Assembly (NCBI GenBank): GCA_041572755.1 | Contig: JBFFRY010000006.1 | Span: forward strand, 11,923 to 75,922 | Origin: Acidimicrobiia bacterium | Lineage (GTDB): Bacteria > Actinomycetota > Acidimicrobiia > Spongiisociales > UBA11373 | Direction of reading: 5' to 3' | Length of the DNA: 64,000 nucleotides | Part shown: positions 57,407-64,000 of the stretch, piece by piece | How positions within the stretch are numbered: position 1 is the first letter of the stretch | How the letters are laid out: each line of letters begins with the position of its first letter | Program-made: the position numbers and the translations under genes | The notes under the pieces: model-generated | Database searches by the model: none | What the model was told of the DNA's origin: nothing | What the model saw: only the letters and a program-made list of their open reading frames with translations

Positions 57407-58081
57407 ATGACGTCCCAAGGAACGGTTCTGCTCATAGAGGATGAGGAGGCGATTGCCGACCTGGTCCGGATGTACTTCGAGCAAGAGGGATACCGGCTCG
57501 TCCATTGCTCCGACGGCGAGTCGGGGCTGGATGCGGTGCGGGACCGCAACCCGCGAGCCGTCCTGCTCGACATCGGTCTTCCGGGAATCGACGGCATCGA
57601 GGTGTGCCGCAAGATCCGCTCGAAGTCGGACGTCCCGGTGATCATGCTCACGGCGCGGGACGACGAGGTCGACAAGATCGTCGGGCTCGAGATCGGCGCC
57701 GACGACTACGTGACGAAGCCGTTCTCGCCTCGCGAATTGGTGGCCCGGGTGCGGGCCGTCCTCCGAAGGTCCGAGGAAGGCCCCAAGGCCCCGGCCGTGA
57801 TCGAGGTCGGCGAATGGTCGATCGACAGTGGCCGGCGTGAAGTCCGGACTCCCACCGGCGATGGGGTGCGCCCCACGGCCCGGGAGTTCGATCTCCTCTG
57901 GTACCTGGCCGAGAACCGCGGGTTGGTGCTGTCGCGAGCACAGATCCTCGAAGCGGTGTGGGGCTACGACTACTTCGGGGAGACCCGGACCGTGGATGTG
58001 CACGTCCGCCAGCTTCGCAAGAAGATGGATGGCATCCCGATCGAGACCGTGTGGGGCGTCGGCTACCGGATCGCCGACTAG
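57407..58081 (+). CDS. OmpR-family response regulator
   Basis: Receiver domain (LLIEDEE, phospho-acceptor D in LLDIGLPGIDG) plus winged-helix output domain (VDVHVRQLRKK). Confidence 0.85.
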   Translation: MTSQGTVLLIEDEEAIADLVRMYFEQEGYRLVHCSDGESGLDAVRDRNPRAVLLDIGLPGIDGIEVCRKIRSKSDVPVIMLTARDDEVDKIVGLEIGADDYVTKPFSPRELVARVRAVLRRSEEGPKAPAVIEVGEWSIDSGRREVRTPTGDGVRPTAREFDLLWYLAENRGLVLSRAQILEAVWGYDYFGETRTVDVHVRQLRKKMDGIPIETVWGVGYRIAD

Positions 58082-59473
58082 ATGCGGCGCCGGTTCTTCT
58101 GGGGATTGGTGGCCGTTGCGGTGGCCGTGCTGGCGATCGGGGGCGGGGCGGCGGCGCTGCTGATCAACCGGTCGGTGGAGGATTCGGTCCGGACCGAGTT
58201 CGCCCGCCAGGCCGACGCCACGGCCCGGGTGATCGAGGCGAACCTGTCCCGTCCGGCGCGGGGTCCGCAGTCGGCGGCCATCAGTGAGCTGCTGGCGGTC
58301 GCGGCCCTCATCGGCGGCCACGACTACGTCGAGGCGGCCCGGATCGGTCCCGACGGAACGGTCGAGGAAGTGGGCATCAGCCAGGACCTGATCGCCCAGA
58401 TCCCGGGGGGACTCGCCGACTTGCCTCAGCGAATCCAATTCGAGGCCGACGTCGAGGGTGAGCGCATCTCCGCCTATGCGTTCCCGGTGGGGATGGGACG
58501 CCGGAACACGATCGTGGTGGCGATCGGCACGAACCTGGAGCTCGTGCCGTGGCGCGAGGTGGTGGTGCGGTTCCTGTGGGCCCTCGGTCTGGGGATCCTC
58601 CTGGCGGCCGGCCTGGCGGGCTGGCTGGCGAGGGCGCTGGGGCGACGCCTCGACCCGCTCCGGGCGGCATCAAGGCAGGTGGCCACCGGCGACCTCACGG
58701 CCCGGGTCTCTCTGGATCGTTCTGATGAGGTGACCGAAGTGGAGGGAGCCTTCAACGAGATGGCGGATCACCTCGAGGCGGCGCGAACCCGGGAGCGAGA
58801 GTTCCTGGTGAGCGTGTCGCACGACCTGCGGACGCCGTTGACGACGATCGGCGGCTACAGCGAGGCGATCGGCGACGGCCGGGTGGCCTCCGACGATCTG
58901 GCCCGAGTGGCGTCGGTCATCAAACTGGAGTCCGACCGTTTGCACCGGCTGGTCGAGGACCTCATGCTCCTGGCTCGGCTCGAGGCCCGGGAGTTCACCC
59001 TCCGGCCGGAGCCGGTCGATCTGGCCGCCCACCTCAATGGGTCGGCGGAGGCGTTCCGGGAGCGGGCCACCGCAGCGGGGGTGCGGCTGACCACCGAGAC
59101 CCCACCGATCCCCGAGGTCTTCGTCGATCCGGACCGCATCGCCCAGTTGGTGGGCAATCTTCTGGAGAACGCTCTCCGCTACACCCCCGAAGGGGGCCGG
59201 GTGGCTTTGGCGCTCGATGAGGAGGAGGGGATGGCGCGCCTCACGGTGGCCGACTCGGGTCCGGGGATCGAAGCGGACGACGTTCCCCGGATCTTCGAGC
59301 GGCTCTACGTCGCCCAGCGCTATCGGCCGGTCCGACCCGAGGGAAGCGGCCTGGGGCTCTCGATCGTCAAGGAGCTGGTGGATGCGATGGGGGGTGTCAT
59401 CGAGGTGGACAGCACCCCCGGGATCGGTACGACGATCACGGTACGGATCCCGGTGGCCGGCACGGCCGGCTGA
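58082..59473 (+). CDS. Sensor histidine kinase
   Basis: 2 TM helices, HAMP, HisKA H-box (VSVSHDLRTPLTTI) and HATPase N/G boxes; starts 1 nt after the regulator stop. Confidence 0.85.
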   Translation: MRRRFFWGLVAVAVAVLAIGGGAAALLINRSVEDSVRTEFARQADATARVIEANLSRPARGPQSAAISELLAVAALIGGHDYVEAARIGPDGTVEEVGISQDLIAQIPGGLADLPQRIQFEADVEGERISAYAFPVGMGRRNTIVVAIGTNLELVPWREVVVRFLWALGLGILLAAGLAGWLARALGRRLDPLRAASRQVATGDLTARVSLDRSDEVTEVEGAFNEMADHLEAARTREREFLVSVSHDLRTPLTTIGGYSEAIGDGRVASDDLARVASVIKLESDRLHRLVEDLMLLARLEAREFTLRPEPVDLAAHLNGSAEAFRERATAAGVRLTTETPPIPEVFVDPDRIAQLVGNLLENALRYTPEGGRVALALDEEEGMARLTVADSGPGIEADDVPRIFERLYVAQRYRPVRPEGSGLGLSIVKELVDAMGGVIEVDSTPGIGTTITVRIPVAGTAG

Positions 59474-59491
59474 TCACCGCCGCCGCCTACG

Positions 59492-60268
59492 ATGGCCGCC
59501 GTGCTGGAATCGATCGTGGCCGAGGCGCGTCGTCGAGCCGCCGTGGTGGCGGAGCGCGGCGCGGCGTGGGTCCGGGAGGCCCAAGCCGCACCACCGGCCC
59601 GGGATCTCGGCGCGGCCCTGGGAACGCCCGGGCTGAGCGTCATCGCCGAAGTGAAGCGCCGGTCCCCGTCGGCGGGCGACATCGCACCGTCGCTGGACCC
59701 CGCCGGTCTGGCCGGTGAGTACGCCGCCGGGGGCGCAGCGGCCCTCTCCGTGCTGACCGAACCGACCTTCTTCGGGGGTTCGGAGGAAGACCTGAGGGCG
59801 GTCCGGAACACCGTCGAGCTGCCGGTGCTGCGCAAGGACTTCATCGTCGATCCGGTTCAGGTGTGGGAAAGCCGGGCCATCGGGGCGGATGCGGTGTTGT
59901 TGATCGTGGCCGTGCTCGAGGATGCGATGCTTCGTGACGCGTTGGCCGCGGCGGCGGAAGCCGGGGTCGCCGCCCTGGTGGAGGTGCACGACGAGGCCGA
60001 GGTCGAGAGGGCACTCGGCTGTGGAGCCCGGTTGGTGGGAGTGAACAACCGCGATCTGAAGACCTTCGACGTCGACGTGTCACGGGCAGAACGGATGCGG
60101 GTTCTGCTCCCGGCGGGCGTGGTGACCGTCGCCGAGAGTGGGGTGACTTCCCGGGAGGGGGCGGCCCGCATGGCGGCGGCGGGGTACGACGCCGTGCTGG
60201 TCGGCGAGGCGGCGGTCCGCGCCGGGAATCGGGTGTCGTTCATTCGACAGATCGGCGGCGTCGCATGA
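59492..60268 (+). CDS. trpC: Indole-3-glycerol phosphate synthase
   Basis: IGPS motifs (SVIAEVKRRSPSAG, LRKDFIVDPVQ, VGVNNRDLKTF). Confidence 0.9.
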   Translation: MAAVLESIVAEARRRAAVVAERGAAWVREAQAAPPARDLGAALGTPGLSVIAEVKRRSPSAGDIAPSLDPAGLAGEYAAGGAAALSVLTEPTFFGGSEEDLRAVRNTVELPVLRKDFIVDPVQVWESRAIGADAVLLIVAVLEDAMLRDALAAAAEAGVAALVEVHDEAEVERALGCGARLVGVNNRDLKTFDVDVSRAERMRVLLPAGVVTVAESGVTSREGAARMAAAGYDAVLVGEAAVRAGNRVSFIRQIGGVA

Positions 60269-60861
60269 CGTGGATCAAGTTCTGCGGGATGACCCGGCGT
60301 TCCGACGTGGAGATGGCGGCGGCGCTGGGGGTGGATGCCGTCGGCTTCGTGACCTATCCGGGCTCACCGCGAGCGGTGAAGCCGGAGGAGGCGGCTCGGC
60401 TCGGCGAGGGGATCGAGCCCCGGCGCTTCCTGGTCACGGTGGATCTGGGGCCGGAGGAGCTGCTGGAGGCGGCCGCCCTGGCCGGTGTGGATGGGGTGCA
60501 GCCCCACGGGAGAAGATCGGTGGTGGCAGCCGCCGCCGCCCAGCGGGCCGGGTATGAGGTTCTCTTTCCCGTCCCTGTGGCACGGTCGGTCGACCTCGGC
60601 GATGTCCCGACCGGGGCGATGCCGCTCCTCGACGTGGCCGATCCCGGACGGCATGGGGGGACCGGGCGTACCTTCGATTGGCGGCTCGCCGAGGGGCTCG
60701 ACGTGGATTTCGTGCTGGCGGGCGGCTTGAAGCCGGGCAATGTGGCCGCGGCGGTGCGTATCACCGCGCCGTGGGGGGTGGACGTTTCGAGCGGGATCGA
60801 GCAAGCTCCGAGGGTCAAGGATCAGCGGCGGATGCGCGAGTTCGTGGAGGCGTTGCGATGA
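60265..60861 (+). CDS. trpF: Phosphoribosylanthranilate isomerase
   Basis: [30 protein letters not shown]-terminus and GGL C-terminal motif typical of PRAI; ATGA overlap with trpC. Confidence 0.8.
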   Translation: MTWIKFCGMTRRSDVEMAAALGVDAVGFVTYPGSPRAVKPEEAARLGEGIEPRRFLVTVDLGPEELLEAAALAGVDGVQPHGRRSVVAAAAAQRAGYEVLFPVPVARSVDLGDVPTGAMPLLDVADPGRHGGTGRTFDWRLAEGLDVDFVLAGGLKPGNVAAAVRITAPWGVDVSSGIEQAPRVKDQRRMREFVEALR

Positions 60862-62033
60862 GACTCGATCGGCCGGACGCACGAGGCCGGTTTGGGGACT
60901 TCGGGGGCAGGTTCGCGCCCGAGACGCTGATGCCCGCCCTCGAGGAACTGGAGGCGGCGTTCGGCGAGGCGTGGTCGGATCCCGAGTTCCGAGCCGAGCT
61001 GGATGTCCTCCTGGCCGACTTCGCCGGAAGGCCGACGCCCTTGTATGAAGCCGGCCGGCTGTCGGACGCCCTCGGCTGCCGGGTGCTGCTCAAGCGGGAG
61101 GACCTGCTGCACACCGGGGCTCACAAGATCAACAACACGATCGGGCAGGCGCTCCTGGCGAAGCGGATGGGGAAGCCTCGCGTCATCGCCGAGACCGGGG
61201 CGGGCCAGCACGGCGTGGCGGCCGCCACGGCCGCCGCACTCCTCGGCATGGAGTGCGCCGTGTACATGGGAGAGGTGGACATCGAGCGACAGGCGCTCAA
61301 CGTCCACCGGATGCGCATGCTGGGGTGTGAGGTCATCCCGGTGACCTCGGGGGCCGGGACCCTGAAGGACGCCGTCAGCGAGGCGATGCGCGACTGGGTT
61401 GCCACCGTCGAGGACACCCACTACATCATCGGTTCGGTTGTCGGCCCTCACCCTTTCCCGTGGATGGTTCGGGAGCTGCAGAGAGTCATCGGCGATGAGA
61501 CGCTGGCCCAGCTCGGCGATCGGGCTGCGGACGTCGTTGCCGCCTGCGTCGGCGGTGGCTCGAATGCAATGGGGATGTTCTATCCGTTCGCCGGCACCGG
61601 GGTGGAGCTGGTCGGGGTGGAGGCGGGGGGTCGTGGTCTGGCGAGCGGTGCCCACGGCGCTTCGCTCGTCGCCGGGACTCCGGGGGTGCTGCACGGCAGC
61701 CGCACCTTCCTGCTCCAGGACGACGAGGGACAGGTGCTGGAGGCTCACTCCGTCTCGGCCGGCCTGGATTACCCCGGGGTGGGTCCCGAGCACGCCTACT
61801 TCAAGGAGACCGGGATCGCCCGCTACGTCTCGGTCACGGATGCCGAAGCCCTGGAGGGCCTGGATCTTCTGGCGAGGACCGAGGGGATCATTCCGGCACT
61901 CGAACCGGCTCACGTCATTGCTTGGATGGAGCGGGACAAGGCCGAGCTGTCGGGGAAGACGGTGGTGGTGGCGCTGTCGGGTCGCGGTGACAAGGATGTG
62001 GAGCACGTCGCCCGCATTCGTGAGGGGGACTGA
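60858..62033 (+). CDS. trpB: Tryptophan synthase beta chain
   Basis: PLP-binding Lys in [11 protein letters not shown]; GGGSNAMG; ATGA overlap with trpF. Confidence 0.95.
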   Translation: MRLDRPDARGRFGDFGGRFAPETLMPALEELEAAFGEAWSDPEFRAELDVLLADFAGRPTPLYEAGRLSDALGCRVLLKREDLLHTGAHKINNTIGQALLAKRMGKPRVIAETGAGQHGVAAATAAALLGMECAVYMGEVDIERQALNVHRMRMLGCEVIPVTSGAGTLKDAVSEAMRDWVATVEDTHYIIGSVVGPHPFPWMVRELQRVIGDETLAQLGDRAADVVAACVGGGSNAMGMFYPFAGTGVELVGVEAGGRGLASGAHGASLVAGTPGVLHGSRTFLLQDDEGQVLEAHSVSAGLDYPGVGPEHAYFKETGIARYVSVTDAEALEGLDLLARTEGIIPALEPAHVIAWMERDKAELSGKTVVVALSGRGDKDVEHVARIREGD

Positions 62034-62830
62034 TGCCGGGGTTTGCCGGGATGTTCGAGAGGGTGGCGACGGAGAATCGGGCGGCGCTGCTCCCTTATCT
62101 CATGGCGGGGATCCCCGATCCGGAGGTCTCGGTGGGGCTCTTTGAGGCGATGGCCCAAGCCGGCGCCGACGGCTTCGAGGTGGGGTTGCCCTACGCCGAT
62201 CCGTTGATGGATGGGCCGGTCATCCAATCGGCGGGTGCCCGGGCGCTGGCTCGGGGCACGACTCTCGAGGTCGGGTTGGGTGTTCTCCGGCGGGTCGCTG
62301 CGGTCACCGAGCTGCCGTGTGCGGTGATGACGTACGCCAACCCGGTGTTCCGTGTCGGCGAGTTGGAGTTCTGCCGCCGGATCGCCGACGCCGGAGCCGA
62401 TGCCCTCATCGTGGCCGACCTCCCCGTGGATGAGGCGGGAACGTTGAGCGCCGCCGCCGCCGAAGCCGGGGTGGGGCTGGTCCTGTTCGCCGCCCCCACG
62501 ACCCCCGAGGAGCGGTTGCGGCGGGTGGCCGACGCACGTCCGCCGTTCGTGTACGGGATCGCCGAACTGGGGGTGACGGGGGAGCGGAGCGCCACCTCGT
62601 CGCGGGCTGCCGACCTCGTGGCGCGCCTCCGGGCGGTCACCGATCTTCCGGTGGTGTTGGGGGTGGGTATCTCTGGGCCCGAGGCCGCCGCTCGAGCGGC
62701 GGCGGTCGCCGATGGAGTCATCGTGGGCTCGGCCGTGGTGCGCCGGGTGCTGGAGTCGCCGGATGCCGCCACCGCGGCTGCGCGGGTGGGGGAGTTCGTC
62801 GGCGAGCTGGCGGGTGCGGTGCGGCGATGA
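62033..62830 (+). CDS. trpA: Tryptophan synthase alpha chain
   Basis: LLPYLMAGIPDPE and GFEVGLPYADPLMDGPVIQ motifs; TGATG overlap with trpB. Confidence 0.9.
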   Translation: MPGFAGMFERVATENRAALLPYLMAGIPDPEVSVGLFEAMAQAGADGFEVGLPYADPLMDGPVIQSAGARALARGTTLEVGLGVLRRVAAVTELPCAVMTYANPVFRVGELEFCRRIADAGADALIVADLPVDEAGTLSAAAAEAGVGLVLFAAPTTPEERLRRVADARPPFVYGIAELGVTGERSATSSRAADLVARLRAVTDLPVVLGVGISGPEAAARAAAVADGVIVGSAVVRRVLESPDAATAAARVGEFVGELAGAVRR

Positions 62831-64000
62831 CGGACTTCATTCGTGTCGCCGGTGCTCAGGTGAATCTGACGGTCGGTGATCTCGAGGGGAATACCGAGCG
62901 GATCCTGGAGGCCATGGATTGGGCCGAGGAGGTTCAAGCCGACGTGCTGCTGCTGCCGGAGCTGGCCGTGACCGGGTATCCGCCCGAGGACCTCCTGCTG
63001 CGCGGCGGCTTCGTGGCCGCCAACATCGAGGCCTTGCACCGGATCGGGGCGAGAGCGGGGGAGACGGTGACGGTGGTGGGCTTCGTCGATCGGGCGGCGG
63101 GGGCGGGTCCGGCTCGCGACGACGCCGGTCCGGGTCGGCTCCACAACGCCGCCGCTCTGCTGCACCAGGGTCGGGTGCGAGGGGTGTATCACAAGGGTCT
63201 GTTGCCCAACTACGGGGTGTTCGACGAGGACCGCTACTTCGTGACCGGCGCCCGCCCGGCTGAGGTGTGGGACATCAATCAGGTGGTTGCCGGGGTGTCG
63301 ATCTGTGAGGACATCTGGGTTGCCGACGGTCCTCCGGCCGCTCAGGCGGCGGCCGGGGCCGACATCCTGTTCAACATCAACGGGTCGCCGTACCACGTCG
63401 GCAAGGGGGGCGAGCGGGAGGCGATGCTGGCACGGCGGGCCGCCGATGCAGGCATCCCGCTCGTCTACGTGAACCTGGTCGGCGGTCAGGACGAGCTGGT
63501 GTTCGACGGTCAGAGCATGGCTTTCGATGCCACGGGGGCGCTTCTGTATCGGGCCCGGCAGTTCGATGAGGAGCTGTTCTGGCTGGATGTCCCGCTTGCC
63601 GAGGAAGCCCGTACCGAGGTCGAGGCGATCACGGTGAGCCGGGGTGATCTCCTGGAGGGTGACCCCGAGCCCATGCCGGATCCGTACCCTCCGCTGACTG
63701 AGGACGAGGAGGTGTACCGGGCGTTGTGCCTGGGGCTGGGCGACTATGTGCGCAAGAACGGTTTTGAGGGGGTCATCGTGGGCTTGTCGGGCGGGATCGA
63801 TTCGGCGCTGGTCGCCGCCGTCGCCGCCGACGCCCTGGGGCCGGATCACGTCTGGGGCGTGACGATGCCGAGCCGGTATTCCTCGGAGGGTTCGGTGGCC
63901 GACTCCCGGGCGTTGGCCGCGAACTTGGGGATCCGTTTCGACGAGTTGCCGATCGAACCGCCGTTCGAGGGGTTCCTGGCGACTCTGGAGGATTCGTTTG
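62827..64000 (+). CDS. nadE: Glutamine-dependent NAD+ synthetase, 3' partial (runs off the window)
   Basis: Hand-translated (absent from the ORF track because there is no in-window stop): CN-hydrolase domain (ELAVTGYPPED, catalytic C in ICEDIW) followed by the NAD-synthase P-loop GLSGGIDS; ATGA overlap with trpA. Confidence 0.85.
   Translation, partial: MTDFIRVAGAQVNLTVGDLEGNTERILEAMDWAEEVQADVLLLPELAVTGYPPEDLLLRGGFVAANIEALHRIGARAGETVTVVGFVDRAAGAGPARDDAGPGRLHNAAALLHQGRVRGVYHKGLLPNYGVFDEDRYFVTGARPAEVWDINQVVAGVSICEDIWVADGPPAAQAAAGADILFNINGSPYHVGKGGEREAMLARRAADAGIPLVYVNLVGGQDELVFDGQSMAFDATGALLYRARQFDEELFWLDVPLAEEARTEVEAITVSRGDLLEGDPEPMPDPYPPLTEDEEVYRALCLGLGDYVRKNGFEGVIVGLSGGIDSALVAAVAADALGPDHVWGVTMPSRYSSEGSVADSRALAANLGIRFDELPIEPPFEGFLATLEDSF

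Overview
This is a 64-kb window from a high-GC (about 70%+) Actinomycetota chromosome. It is a core housekeeping region, not an obvious mobile or defence island. Most of it reads as compact operons, many with ATGA/GTGA overlapping start/stop codons.

Gene content, in order:
- An aminoglycoside-phosphotransferase-like kinase (5' partial), a NUDIX hydrolase, a histidine phosphatase, dinB, a DUF3040 protein and a MerR regulator.
- A MoxR AAA+ ATPase / DUF58 / transglutaminase-membrane-protein triad.
- A patch of hypothetical genes: a two-domain protein with a Pro-rich linker, a resolvase catalytic-domain-only protein, an HNH endonuclease, UspA and an SDR oxidoreductase.
- A complete dcw cell-division/cell-wall cluster: mraZ-rsmH-ftsL-ftsI-murE-murF-mraY-murD-ftsW-murG-murC-murB-ftsQ-ftsZ-pgeF-yggS-sepF-yggT.
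- Convergent ileS with a T-box leader.
- yggU, a DksA/TraR zinc-finger protein, lspA and rluD.
- Two tandem phosphofructokinases (one ATP-type, one PPi-type by motif) and dnaE1.
- Two ArsA-like ATPases, a 557-aa fused tandem ThyX-like protein, and a family of paralogous small membrane proteins with repeat-encoded disordered tails.
- xpt, nth, a MATE and an MFS transporter, ccdA.
- A trp operon (trpE ... trpC trpF trpB trpA) interrupted by a YgfZ-like folate-binding protein and a two-component system.
- The start of glutamine-dependent nadE.

I saw no CRISPR array, rRNA or tRNA. The most unusual items are the fused ThyX-like protein with complementary degenerate active-site motifs, the membrane-protein paralog family, the ATP/PPi phosphofructokinase pair, the ileS T-box and the MraZ-box promoter.

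Many ORFs in the supplied six-frame track are GC-driven antisense artefacts, or carry spurious N-terminal extensions. Start codons were re-picked by hand and remain uncertain by a few codons in several cases.
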